A stretch of 64,000 nt of DNA from an uncultured Clostridium sp. (GCA_948442365.1 CAOJRU010000005.1:12903-76902); one strand, 5' to 3'; positions 46,471 through 55,931 are shown, counted from the first letter of the stretch. Numbers and translations: made by a program. The notes: generated from the sequence alone by a model not told the origin.

Positions 46471-47754
46471 TTATTGGCAATTTATTTTTTCCAATCCACC
46501 CATATAAGGTCTTAGAACTTCAGGAACAATAACACTACCATTAGGTTGATAATTATTTTCCATAATAGAAATTAACATACGAGGAGGAGCAACTACGGTA
46601 TTATTAAGTGTATGTGCAAAATAATTTCCGTTTTCTCCTTTTATACGAATTCCTAATCTGCGAGCTTGGGCATCTGTTAAATTAGAACAACTGCCAACCT
46701 CAAAATATTTCTTTTGTCTTGGGCTCCAAGCTTCTATGTCACAAGATTTTGCTTTCAAATCTGCTAAATCTCCACTACAACATTCAAGTGTCCTAACTGG
46801 AATGTTCATACTTCTGAAGAATTCTACGGTGTATGACCACATTTTGTCATACCATTCCCAAGATTGTTCTGGTTCACAAACGACTATCATTTCTTGTTTT
46901 TCAAATTGATGAATTCGATAAACTCCACGTTCTTCAATGCCGTGAGCTCCTTTTTCTTTTCTAAAACAAGGAGAATAAGAAGTCATGTTATAAGGTAGAT
47001 TTTCTTTCTTTAAAATTTGATCTTTAAATTTACCAATCATAGAATGTTCACTGGTACCAATCAAATATAAATCTTCTCCTTCAATTTTATACATCATGGC
47101 ATCCATTTCTTCAAAACTCATAACACCTGTTACAACATCAGAACGTATCATAAAAGGAGGAATACAATAAGTAAAACCTTTGTTAATCATAAAATCTCTC
47201 GCATAGGTTAAAACGGCTGAATGAAGTCTTGCTACATCTCCCATTAAGTAGTAAAATCCATTTCCAGATACTCTTCTAGCACTATCTAAATCAAGTCCTC
47301 CTAAACTTTCCAAGATTTCGCCATGAAATGGGATTTCATAATCTGGAACGATAGGTTCACCATATTTTTGTACTTCTACATTTTCGCTATCATCTTTTCC
47401 AATAGGCACAGAATCATGCATAATATTAGGGATTTTCATCATTTTGTTTTTGATTTCTTCTGCATAGGTATTTTCTAATTTCTCATTTTCTTCTAATTTC
47501 TGATTGATTTCATTTACTTGCTTTTTTATTTTATCAGCTTCCTCTTTGTTGCCAGCTTGCATTAAACTACCAATTTGATTGCTTAAACTTTTTCTTTCTG
47601 CCCTTAGATTATCTCCATTTAATTTGGCTTGTCTATTTTTTATATCTAAATCAATGACTTCATCTACTAAAATAAGTTTATGGTCTTGAAATTTCTTTTT
47701 GATGTTTTCTTTTACAATGCCAGGATTCTCTCTTAAAAATTTAATATCAATCAT
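46471..47754 (-). CDS. serS: serine--tRNA ligase
   Basis: N-terminal coiled-coil arm (MIDIKFLRENP...) and class II motifs (FRKEKGAHG, GSCSNLTDAQARRL). ATG at 47754 follows GAGAGGAG. Confidence 0.93.
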   Translation of the reverse strand: MIDIKFLRENPGIVKENIKKKFQDHKLILVDEVIDLDIKNRQAKLNGDNLRAERKSLSNQIGSLMQAGNKEEADKIKKQVNEINQKLEENEKLENTYAEEIKNKMMKIPNIMHDSVPIGKDDSENVEVQKYGEPIVPDYEIPFHGEILESLGGLDLDSARRVSGNGFYYLMGDVARLHSAVLTYARDFMINKGFTYCIPPFMIRSDVVTGVMSFEEMDAMMYKIEGEDLYLIGTSEHSMIGKFKDQILKKENLPYNMTSYSPCFRKEKGAHGIEERGVYRIHQFEKQEMIVVCEPEQSWEWYDKMWSYTVEFFRSMNIPVRTLECCSGDLADLKAKSCDIEAWSPRQKKYFEVGSCSNLTDAQARRLGIRIKGENGNYFAHTLNNTVVAPPRMLISIMENNYQPNGSVIVPEVLRPYMGGLEKINCQ

Positions 47755-47838
47755 ATTTTTTTCTCCTCTCATTATCTGATGACGCAATTATACTATATTT
47801 TCTAATAATTGGCAAGAAATTGGATAAAATAAAAGAAA

Positions 47839-47877
47839 GTTGCCAAAAAGGTCCGTCCCCAGTGGCACAGTGGCAAC
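47839..47877. repeat. solo M1 repeat unit
   Basis: GTTGCCAAAAAGGTCCGTCCCCAGTGGCAC followed by AGTGGCAAC, in the serS / antiporter divergent intergenic region. Confidence 0.8.
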
Positions 47878-47894
47878 GCTAAAGGAGAAGAGAG

Positions 47895-48737
47895 ATGTTT
47901 TTTGAGATTGTAAAATTTATTCTATATTCTGGATGGATAGTTTTGATATCTAAATATATTTTAGTAATAACACTTCGAAAGTTAGCAGAGAACTTAAATT
48001 TAAAACCTAAAACAGTAGGTAATATTGCTGGTTATGCAACTTCTGTACCAGAACTTTTAACCATTAGTGTTTCAAGTATGAAAGGACTTATGGGTACAAG
48101 TATTTTTAATATAGTAAGTTCTAATGTAATTAATTTAATTCAATATATGACTTCTATTATCATGAACAAAAATAAAAAAGCTTTTACCAATAGAGCCATA
48201 AAAACAGATTTAGTGCTTGTTATTATTACAATAATAATTCCCATTATATTAATATGGAAAAACATTGAAATCAATTTGCTTATTGTTCCTGCTTTTTTAA
48301 TTTTATATATGTTATTTCAATATATCGATCATAATGTCCATAAATTATATTTAAAAAAGGAAGATATGGAAATAGAAAAACAAATTGAAAAGGAAGGTTT
48401 GACAGAGAAAGGAAACACAAGAAAAACTGTACTTTATGTTTTGATTTTAATAGGAACAGGAATTTTATTATATGCCATAGGAGAATTATTAGGTGAGACA
48501 CTAAATAATTTGTGTAATCAATTCAATGTTTCACAAGTTGTAATAGGTATTTTGCTTGGTTTTATTACAAGTATACCAGAATTAATAACCTTTTTTGAAG
48601 CACAAAAACATTATAAAACAAAAAAAGAAGATGATATGTTAGGGGTTGTGGAAGCAACGAATAATCTTTTGACTTCTAATGTTTTGAATCTGTTTATCAT
48701 TCAAACAATTGGCGTGTTAATTTATGTGATTTTTTGA
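47895..48737 (+). CDS. CaCA-family (sodium/calcium exchanger-like, YrbG-type) membrane protein
   Basis: Two alpha-repeat signatures are present, GNIAGYATSVPELLT and GFITSIPELITFF, in a ~10-TM protein. Confidence 0.75.
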   Translation: MFFEIVKFILYSGWIVLISKYILVITLRKLAENLNLKPKTVGNIAGYATSVPELLTISVSSMKGLMGTSIFNIVSSNVINLIQYMTSIIMNKNKKAFTNRAIKTDLVLVIITIIIPIILIWKNIEINLLIVPAFLILYMLFQYIDHNVHKLYLKKEDMEIEKQIEKEGLTEKGNTRKTVLYVLILIGTGILLYAIGELLGETLNNLCNQFNVSQVVIGILLGFITSIPELITFFEAQKHYKTKKEDDMLGVVEATNNLLTSNVLNLFIIQTIGVLIYVIF

Positions 48738-48744
48738 AAAAAGC

Positions 48745-48907
48745 TTGACAAAAAGCTATTAGATAGTATATAATATAACACGTTACAAGAAGAAGTCAAA
48801 CTTCTCACCTGATCCAAATAAGGAAAAAGGTTAGAATAAAATAAATCCAAAGTATTGTACTTTAGGGCTTTATTATTGATTTGACTTGTAACAAAGTCAA
48901 ATTTTTT
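48745..48907 (+). promoter_or_regulatory. promoter plus ribosomal protein L20 leader (attenuator) of the infC-rpmI-rplT operon
   Basis: TTGACA (48745-48750) and TATAAT (~48769-48774). A structured leader follows, ending in the terminator TTGACTT-gtaaca-AAGTCAA plus ATTTTTT (48881-48907) just upstream of infC. Position and architecture match the Firmicute L20 leader. Confidence 0.65.
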
Positions 48908-49004
48908 AGATTGTAGGAATTTTCGACCAAAGGGAGAAAAGCGCCATACAAGATAAATATGCGTAATAACGTGAAGAATTTTAATTTTATGGAGGTGTTT
49001 TCAA

Positions 49005-49520
49005 ATTAAACAAGAATTACCAATCAACAGACAAATAAGAGCAAAAGAGGTACAATTGATAGAGGATAATGGACAAAAAGCAGGAGTGATTCCATTTGAG
49101 GAAGCATTAGAAAAAGCAGAAAGCAAAAATTTAGACTTAGTGCTGGTTGCTCCAAATACCAATCCACCAGTTTGTAAAATTATGAACTATGGAAAATACA
49201 AATTCGAGCAAGCTAAAAAAGAAAAAGAAGCTAAGAAAAAACAAAAAGTTTTTGAGATAAAAGAATTAAGAGTAACCCCAAATATCGAAGAACATGACTT
49301 TGGTTTTAAATGTAAAAATGCAAGAAAGTTTTTAACGGATGGAAACAAAGTAAAAATAACGGTTCGATTTAGAGGAAGAGAAGTCAACAACGCAAAAGCA
49401 GGAGAAGCCGTTTTAAACAGATTTAGCGAAGCTTTAGAAGAAGTATCAACTGTTGAAAAAGCACCAAAATTAGAAGGTAGAAATATGTCTATCATATTAG
49501 CTAAAAAAGCAGATAAATAA
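49005..49520 (+). CDS. infC: translation initiation factor IF-3, ATT start codon
   Basis: In-frame ATT at 49005 lies 9 nt after GGAGG and gives IKQELPINRQIRAKEVQLIEDNGQ..., a full-length IF-3. The ORF-track start at 49056 would truncate the conserved N-terminus. Confidence 0.9.
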   Translation: MKQELPINRQIRAKEVQLIEDNGQKAGVIPFEEALEKAESKNLDLVLVAPNTNPPVCKIMNYGKYKFEQAKKEKEAKKKQKVFEIKELRVTPNIEEHDFGFKCKNARKFLTDGNKVKITVRFRGREVNNAKAGEAVLNRFSEALEEVSTVEKAPKLEGRNMSIILAKKADK

Positions 49521-49564
49521 ATTATCTGTCTAATATAAAAGTAAAAACGAAAGGAGTTATTATT

Positions 49565-49768
49565 ATGCCAAAACTAAAAACGAACAAAGCTGCTAAGAAA
49601 AGATATTCATTAACAGCTACAGGGAAAGTAAAAAGAACAAAATCAAACAGAAGACACTTATTAGCCAATAAAACAAGTAGACAAAAAAAATCAGGAAAAA
49701 TTCAAAATGCATATGCAGACAAAACATGTGTAGAAACTATCAAAAAATTATTACCTTATGGAAATTAA
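49565..49768 (+). CDS. rpmI: 50S ribosomal protein L35
   Basis: MPKLKTNKAAKKRYSLTATGKVKRTKSNRRHLL is canonical L35. Confidence 0.93.
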   Translation: MPKLKTNKAAKKRYSLTATGKVKRTKSNRRHLLANKTSRQKKSGKIQNAYADKTCVETIKKLLPYGN

Positions 49769-49852
49769 GAAAAGGTGAATATTAAATAGTAGGGAGAAAA
49801 TAAAGATGATTTGATAAAATCCCTGTTAAATAAAAAAGGAAGGTGAAAAGAA

Positions 49853-50203
49853 ATGGCAAGAGTAAAAACAGCTAGAACAACAAGAGCAAGACATAAAAAA
49901 ATATTAAAACAAGCAAAAGGATATTATGGAGCAAAAAGTTATAGATTTAGAAATGCAAACCAAGCCGTTATGAAATCTTTATCTTATGCCTATGTAGGAA
50001 GAAAAGATAAAAAAAGTAACTTTAGAAAATTATGGATTGCAAGAATTAATGCAGCAGCAAGAATGAATGGAACCACTTATAGCAAAATGATTGCAGGACT
50101 AAAAAAAGCAAATGTTACCATCAATCGTAAAATGTTAGCAGAAATTGCTGTAACGGATCCAAAAGCATTTACAGAAATTGCAGAAGTAGCAAAAAAAGCA
50201 TAA
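49853..50203 (+). CDS. rplT: 50S ribosomal protein L20
   Basis: [29 protein letters not shown] is canonical L20. Confidence 0.95.
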   Translation: MARVKTARTTRARHKKILKQAKGYYGAKSYRFRNANQAVMKSLSYAYVGRKDKKSNFRKLWIARINAAARMNGTTYSKMIAGLKKANVTINRKMLAEIAVTDPKAFTEIAEVAKKA

Positions 50204-50221
50204 ATCCTATGCTTTTTTTTT
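50191..50221. terminator. bidirectional terminator between rplT and spoVAE
   Basis: A-run, GCATA-aatcc-TATGC, then a T-run. Confidence 0.6.
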
Positions 50222-50226
50222 ACTCT

Positions 50227-50619
50227 TTATTGCTTTTTCATTTTAGGTTTTGAAATCAAAGAAGCAAGATAACCAAAGAACACAGCAGCAGCAATACCAC
50301 CAGCAGCAGCCTTAACACCACCAGTAAAAGCACCAACTAATCCACTTTCTCTAACTGCTTCAATAGCACCTTTAGCAAGATTATAACCAAAACCAGTTAA
50401 AGGAACGGTAGCACCAGCACCAGCAAAATCAACAATATACTGATAAATACCCAATCCACCAAGAATAGCACCAGCTGTTACAAAAATAACTAATATTTTA
50501 GCAGGAGTAAGTTTGGTTTTATCAATCAAAATTTGACCAATAATACAGATAACTCCACCAGTAACAAAACATTTTAATAACATCATCCAATCAAAAACAT
50601 TAGCCCAATTAACATTCAT
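50227..50619 (-). CDS. spoVAE: stage V sporulation protein AE
   Basis: ~130-aa four-TM protein, Gly/Ala-rich and paralogous to SpoVAC, located downstream of spoVAD. Confidence 0.85.
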   Translation of the reverse strand: MNVNWANVFDWMMLLKCFVTGGVICIIGQILIDKTKLTPAKILVIFVTAGAILGGLGIYQYIVDFAGAGATVPLTGFGYNLAKGAIEAVRESGLVGAFTGGVKAAAGGIAAAVFFGYLASLISKPKMKKQ

Positions 50620-50719
50620 AAAATTTCCTCCTTTTAGGGATTTTAAGGAACGTACCTAAAGGTATAACTTATCTGTACGCATTTAAAATGCTACAGCTAA
50701 GAAATCCCTGAATTCCTTT

Positions 50720-51721
50720 TTAAGCTTCTATACTAATTGCATGAGCAATACCAGGAATTGACTCGCCTTGTTGAGAACTTGTTGAATTCATTAAAGCTCC
50801 TGTTGCAATTAATAATATTTTTTTCATTTTGTTTTCCTTTAATTGTTTAAAGAAATAACCAGAAAATACCGTTCCACAGCAAGCACAACCACTACCACCA
50901 GAGTGAGTATCTTGAGCATTTTTATCAAAAATTAAAACACCACAGTCATTGTAATTTGATTTAATATTATAGCCTTGTGATTTAGCAATATCAATAGCAA
51001 TTTCTTTACCAACATGTCCTAAGTCACCACTGATAATGGCATCATAATAACTTGGATTTCTGCCAGTATCTAAGAAATGAGTAATTAACGTGTCTGCAAA
51101 AGCAGGAGCCATAGCAGCGCCCATGTTATTAGCATCTTTAATTCCCATATCTACAATTTTTCCAGGAGTAATATGGGTAATATAAGGACCTTGACCATCT
51201 TTTGTTAAAATGGCTGCCCCTGAACCTGTAACCGTCCATTGACTTGTAGGTGGACGTTGATTTCCTAATTCTAAAGGAAATCTAAATTGCTTTTCAGCAC
51301 TACAAAAGTGACTAGAAGTAGCACATAAAACATTATTAGCAAAACTTTCTACTGCCATAGCACCCAAACTCATAGACTCCACAAAAGTAGAGCAAGCACC
51401 AAAAACACCAAAGAAAGGGATGCTTAATTCTCGTAAACCGAAACTAGAAGAAATACATTGATTTAATAAGTCACCAGCAAACATACAATCAATTTCATTA
51501 GCTGGTACACCAGATTTAGAAATAACGGTATTGACAGTTTCCTTTATAATTTTACTTTCTGCTTTTTCCCATGTTTTTTCACCCCAGAACTCATCATCTA
51601 ATGTTTGATCAAAATATTTAGATAAAGGACCTTGTGCTTCTTTTGGACCAACAATTGAGGCACAATCTAAAATGGTTGGGGGTGTACTAAATTTTATAGT
51701 TTGTTTTCCTAATTTTTCCAA
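50720..51721 (-). CDS. spoVAD: stage V sporulation protein AD (thiolase-fold)
   Basis: 333 aa with a thiolase-like fold signature (GACSTFVESM..., GGSGCACCG). Confidence 0.9.
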   Translation of the reverse strand: MEKLGKQTIKFSTPPTILDCASIVGPKEAQGPLSKYFDQTLDDEFWGEKTWEKAESKIIKETVNTVISKSGVPANEIDCMFAGDLLNQCISSSFGLRELSIPFFGVFGACSTFVESMSLGAMAVESFANNVLCATSSHFCSAEKQFRFPLELGNQRPPTSQWTVTGSGAAILTKDGQGPYITHITPGKIVDMGIKDANNMGAAMAPAFADTLITHFLDTGRNPSYYDAIISGDLGHVGKEIAIDIAKSQGYNIKSNYNDCGVLIFDKNAQDTHSGGSGCACCGTVFSGYFFKQLKENKMKKILLIATGALMNSTSSQQGESIPGIAHAISIEA

Positions 51722-51747
51722 AACATCATCTCCTTAACTTTTAAAAT

Positions 51748-52212
51748 TTAAACCAAAGTCATACTTTGTGTATTAAATATCAAGAATATGATACCTACTA
51801 AAATAGAAGCAGAAATACCAAATACTAAAACAGGACCAGCAACGGTGAACATCTTTCCACCAACTCCCATAACATAGCCTTCTGATTTGTATTCCATAGC
51901 AGGTGATACAATTGAATTGGCAAATCCAGTAATAGGAACTAAAGAACCAGCGCCAGCAAATTTACCTATTTTATTAAATAAATTCAGACCAGTTAAAAAA
52001 GCAGAAATTCCAATTAATAAAATGGAAACAATTGTACCAGATGTTTGGGTATCAAAACCTCTTTCTTTACATATATTAAGAATAACTTGTCCAATGGTAC
52101 AAATTAATCCGCCAACCCAAAAAGCATTGAAGCAATTTTTTAAAATAGGAGAGTTGGGAGATTTTTTATCCACATATTCTTGATAAGTTTGTTTTGTTTC
52201 TAATGGATCCAT
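51748..52212 (-). CDS. spoVAC: stage V sporulation protein AC
   Basis: 154-aa membrane protein (FWVGGLICTIGQ..., GAGSLVPITGFANS). Confidence 0.88.
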   Translation of the reverse strand: MDPLETKQTYQEYVDKKSPNSPILKNCFNAFWVGGLICTIGQVILNICKERGFDTQTSGTIVSILLIGISAFLTGLNLFNKIGKFAGAGSLVPITGFANSIVSPAMEYKSEGYVMGVGGKMFTVAGPVLVFGISASILVGIIFLIFNTQSMTLV

Positions 52213-52225
52213 TTATACTACCTCC

Positions 52226-52450
52226 TTAATTTTTGTTTCTATTCAAATCAAGTGTAAAACTAATATCCAAATCAACAAAATATTCTAAAATTTTGTCACC
52301 ATCAATACTAGCTCTTTGCTCTAAAATTTTTACTTCTGATAAATAATCAATTGTCTTTGAAGCTTCAGCAATTGCTTTTACAATGGCATCTTTCCAAGAA
52401 ACTGTTGAATTACCAGTTATAATTAAATGTTTTTTTATATCCATAATCAA
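52226..52450 (-). CDS. dodecin-like small protein
   Basis: ~70 aa. The pattern IIT/ELVG.S..SWKDAI..AI.EASKT...L....I......I.......Y.V.L...F resembles dodecin-family flavin-binding proteins. Confidence 0.55.
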   Translation of the reverse strand: MIMDIKKHLIITGNSTVSWKDAIVKAIAEASKTIDYLSEVKILEQRASIDGDKILEYFVDLDISFTLDLNRNKN

Positions 52451-52653
52451 CCTCCAAAAAATCTTTTACAAATATCCTTTCCAAGAATTAGAAAAAATAT
52501 ACAAAACCAGTAGAAATTTTTTGTAAAAAATTATATAATTCGATTACATGGTTTTTCCTCTATAAAAGAAGGTATTAGTTAATAGTAAGCGTGCTTAATG
52601 CTCGCACAGTTGAGGAAATCCCCAAAATTATGAAAAATCACAGAAAGTAAGAA

Positions 52654-52764
52654 GTTGCCAAATAAGCCTGGAACCAATGGCAAAGAATTTGCCAAACAAA
52701 CTTAGGAAACCAATGGCAGAAAATTGCCAAAAAGGTCCGTCCCCAATGGCACATTGGCAAATTG
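52654..52764. repeat. tandem array of three palindromic units (M2, M2, M1) at ~35-bp period
   Basis: GTTGCCAAATAAGCCTGGAACCAATGGCAA (52654), TTTGCCAAACAAACTTAGGAAACCAATGGCAG (52688), ATTGCCAAAAAGGTCCGTCCCCAATGGCAC (52723). Confidence 0.8.
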
Positions 52765-52775
52765 AAGGGAGAAAG

Positions 52776-54137
52776 ATGATAGATAAGGTAAGAGAAATAG
52801 CACTAAAAGTATTGTATGAAGTGGATAAAAGCGATGCTTATTCTAATATTGCATTGGATGAAGCATTCAACAAAGCAAGAAAAGAAAAAATAGATATGAA
52901 TGAACGAGATATTGGATTTATTTCTGAAATTGTGTATGGTACCATTTCTTGGAGATTGACAATAGATGAAATAATAAAAAAGTATTCTTCCATCAAAATT
53001 AAAAAAATTTCATTATGGATTTTAAATATCTTAAGAATGAGTATATATCAGATATTATTTTTAGATAGAGTTCCTAAATCCGCTGCGGTTAATGAAGGAG
53101 TTAATCTGGCTAAAAGATACGGGCATAAGGCAAGCAGCAATTTTGTAAATGCCATTTTACGAAAAGTAGAGAAAAAGGATTTTGAAGATTTTTTTACCAT
53201 AGAAAATGAGATAGAAAGAATTAGTAAAACAAATTCTATGCCAAGCTGGATCGTAGAAAAATTGCTTCAGGATCATTCCCTTGAGCAAGTGGAGAAAATT
53301 TGTCACGATAGTAATATAAAACCACAACTACATGTAAGGGTTAATTCTTTAAAGATTGATAAACAACAATTAAGACAAAAATTAGAAAAGGAAGGAATCC
53401 AAGTAGAACAAGCAGATATGGACAATTTTCTAGTGTTAGAGGGAGCAAAAAATATAGAAGGAAAAAATACTTTTAAAGAGGGTTTATTTACCGTTCAAGA
53501 TGAAGCAGCAGGATGGATCCCATTCCTATTAAATCCAAAACCAAATGAAAAAGTATTGGATGCTTGTAGTAGTCCAGGCGGTAAAACAACCTATATGGCA
53601 GAAAGAATGAAAAATCAAGGAGAAATTATCGCTTGGGATTTACATGAACATAGAGTGAAGTTAGTAGAAAAAACAGCACACCGATTAGGAATTAAGATAA
53701 TTAAAACAGAAGTAAAAGATGCTAGCCAATATGAAGAAAAATATAAAGAAGCATTTGATAAAATATTACTAGATGTTCCGTGCTTAGGGATTGGCGTTAT
53801 TAAAAGAAAACCAGACATCAAGTGGAAAAGAAAAATGGAAGATTTGGAAGAAATTACAAAAATACAACAAAACATATTAGAAAATTGCTCTTACTATTTG
53901 AAAGTAGGAGGAGAATTAGTGTATTCTACTTGTAGTATTTTAAAGGAAGAAAATGAAAAGATAATCAACGAATTTTTAGTAAAGAATAAAAGATTTGAAA
54001 TAGTCAATTTGGATGCTATAAAAGAAGAATTTTTTGAAAAAAATGTCGAAAGAGATAAGTTTATACAGATTTATCCCAATGAAAAGACCGATGGCTTTTT
54101 TATTTGTAAGTTGCGAAAAATACAAGAAAAACCTTAG
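52776..54137 (+). CDS. rsmB: 16S rRNA (cytosine967-C5)-methyltransferase
   Basis: NusB-like N-domain followed by the methyltransferase domain (DACSSPGGKTT, LLDVPCLGIGVIKRKPD, YSTCS). ATG at 52776; the upstream part of the track ORF only reads through the repeat array. Confidence 0.9.
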   Translation: MIDKVREIALKVLYEVDKSDAYSNIALDEAFNKARKEKIDMNERDIGFISEIVYGTISWRLTIDEIIKKYSSIKIKKISLWILNILRMSIYQILFLDRVPKSAAVNEGVNLAKRYGHKASSNFVNAILRKVEKKDFEDFFTIENEIERISKTNSMPSWIVEKLLQDHSLEQVEKICHDSNIKPQLHVRVNSLKIDKQQLRQKLEKEGIQVEQADMDNFLVLEGAKNIEGKNTFKEGLFTVQDEAAGWIPFLLNPKPNEKVLDACSSPGGKTTYMAERMKNQGEIIAWDLHEHRVKLVEKTAHRLGIKIIKTEVKDASQYEEKYKEAFDKILLDVPCLGIGVIKRKPDIKWKRKMEDLEEITKIQQNILENCSYYLKVGGELVYSTCSILKEENEKIINEFLVKNKRFEIVNLDAIKEEFFEKNVERDKFIQIYPNEKTDGFFICKLRKIQEKP

Positions 54138-54139
54138 TA

Positions 54140-54166
54140 TTACAAATGTGTTACATTTTTGTTACA
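54140..54166. promoter_or_regulatory. three TTACA direct repeats phased at 11 bp upstream of the pilus operon
   Basis: TTACA at 54140, 54151 and 54162. Followed by TTGACT (54183) and a TAAAAT-like -10. Confidence 0.35.
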
Positions 54167-54302
54167 AGTGTATTAAATGTATTGACTTTTTGCCAAATAA
54201 AGATAAAATATAAATATATTTGAAGAAATGTGTAAATTATTCAAGTATGGATTTTGTAAATTTGTAAAAAATAAAAATATATCAATTAAAAAGGAGAAGA
54301 CA

Positions 54303-55931
54303 ATGGCGAATGGAAATTGCTTAGGGCTATATATTGAAGAACATTTAATTAAATATGCAAAAGTTTCAAAAGATCATGATAAAGTAAAAGTAGATGCTTT
54401 TGGATTGATGTTTTATGATAAATTAGGGGAAGCAATCGCACAAATTATTCAGGAAACCTATAGTCAAAAAGCACCAATTAGTATTAACCTATCAGAAGAA
54501 ATGTACAATTATTTTGACATGTTTGCTTTATTAACCAAAAATGACTTGCAAAAAGCCATTAAAACAGAATTTGACTCCTACTGTGCTGAAAAAGGATATA
54601 ATCCAAATGTATTTGAAAGCAGATATGCTATCGTTGGAAATCAAGAGGAAAGAGAAAAAATAAGAGTTATCCATGTGGCAGAAAATAAAATTGAATTAAA
54701 CAAACAAATACAACAAATAGAAGGTTATAAATTAGCTAGTATTTCACCAATTTCTATGGCAATTCCTAATTTAATTGATATAGAAAAACATGAAAATGCT
54801 TTAATTGTTAACATAGAAGATACAACAACCGTAACGACTATATTAGATGACAAAATTTATAATATTGATAAAATAGAAGAAGGAAGCAAAGACTTTTTAA
54901 CCAAAATCAATCTAAAAGAAAATTCGTATCTAAAAGCCTATGAAATTTGTAAAAATACAACCATTTACACATCGGAAGGAAGAGAACTACAAGAAGAACA
55001 ATCTACGTATTTAGAAGACATTATGCCAACGCTATATAGTATAGTAGGAAATGTAAGAAGTATTATAAGAGAAAATGGTGACAGAATTAAGAAAGTTTAC
55101 ATTACAGGAACAGCTGCCTTAATTAATAATATTGATTTATATTTCCAAGAATACTTAGAAGGGGTAGAGTGCGAAATATTAAAACCATATTTTATTCAAT
55201 CCACAGCAGGTGATATTAGTATTAAAGATTATATCGAAGTAAATTCTGCTATCTCTTTAGGAATGATGGGAATAGGAGAAGGCATTAGCGGAATGAACTT
55301 TAAAAGTCAAACCCTTGCCGATAAAATTCCTGATTGGTTAAAAATAGAAGTAGGGGGAAATGAGACTACAAAGTTAAAGCATGGTGCAAGCAATATGTTT
55401 ACTTGGGATTTAGGACAACCATTTGATAAAACAGAAACAGGATTACTTAGAATAGCAATTGCTTTAATTCTATTAGTTGTTATGTATTCAGGATTTTCTG
55501 GCGTATTAGCGAATCAATTAAACAAAAAATCACAACAAGCTGAAGAATCTATTGCCGCTACAAATGGTCAAATTGGATTAGCCAAAACAGACAATGACAA
55601 AATTAACAGTAAAATTAATGAATATACCAATATGTTAAAGAATTTAGAAGAGGCCAATAACAGACTTACCGATCGAAATAAAACAAGAAATGCAATACCT
55701 AATTTATTAAATCAAATCATGTCAATTGTACCAGAAAATGTGCAATTAACTTCCATTGAAAATACCAGCAGTACTCATATTATAATTAATGCACAATCCA
55801 ATAAATATGAACAATTAGGTTATTTTGTAGCAAAAATGAAAACAGAAGTGATTTTAACAAATATCATTTCAACAGCAGGACAAAAAGATAATAATGTAGT
55901 TAGTATTAAAATAGAAGGAGATTTGCCATGA
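54303..55931 (+). CDS. pilM: type IV pilus assembly protein, PilM-PilN fusion
   Basis: Actin-like PilM N-domain (LGLYIEEHLIKYAKVS..., ITGTAALINNI), then a TM segment and a PilN-like coiled-coil/ferredoxin-like C-domain. ATG at 54303 follows AAGGAG. Confidence 0.8.
   Translation: MANGNCLGLYIEEHLIKYAKVSKDHDKVKVDAFGLMFYDKLGEAIAQIIQETYSQKAPISINLSEEMYNYFDMFALLTKNDLQKAIKTEFDSYCAEKGYNPNVFESRYAIVGNQEEREKIRVIHVAENKIELNKQIQQIEGYKLASISPISMAIPNLIDIEKHENALIVNIEDTTTVTTILDDKIYNIDKIEEGSKDFLTKINLKENSYLKAYEICKNTTIYTSEGRELQEEQSTYLEDIMPTLYSIVGNVRSIIRENGDRIKKVYITGTAALINNIDLYFQEYLEGVECEILKPYFIQSTAGDISIKDYIEVNSAISLGMMGIGEGISGMNFKSQTLADKIPDWLKIEVGGNETTKLKHGASNMFTWDLGQPFDKTETGLLRIAIALILLVVMYSGFSGVLANQLNKKSQQAEESIAATNGQIGLAKTDNDKINSKINEYTNMLKNLEEANNRLTDRNKTRNAIPNLLNQIMSIVPENVQLTSIENTSSTHIIINAQSNKYEQLGYFVAKMKTEVILTNIISTAGQKDNNVVSIKIEGDLP

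Noticed and set aside
47755-47894. T-box leader upstream of serS
   Set aside because: The interval is too short and contains only a solo M1 repeat. No T-box sequence or terminator/antiterminator pair is present.
52654-52764. Possible CRISPR array (regularly spaced ~30-bp repeats)
   Set aside because: There are only three units. The units differ from each other (two types), the spacers are ~5 bp, each unit is internally palindromic, and the same units occur dispersed elsewhere. There are no cas genes. This is a REP/BOX-like repeat array, not CRISPR.
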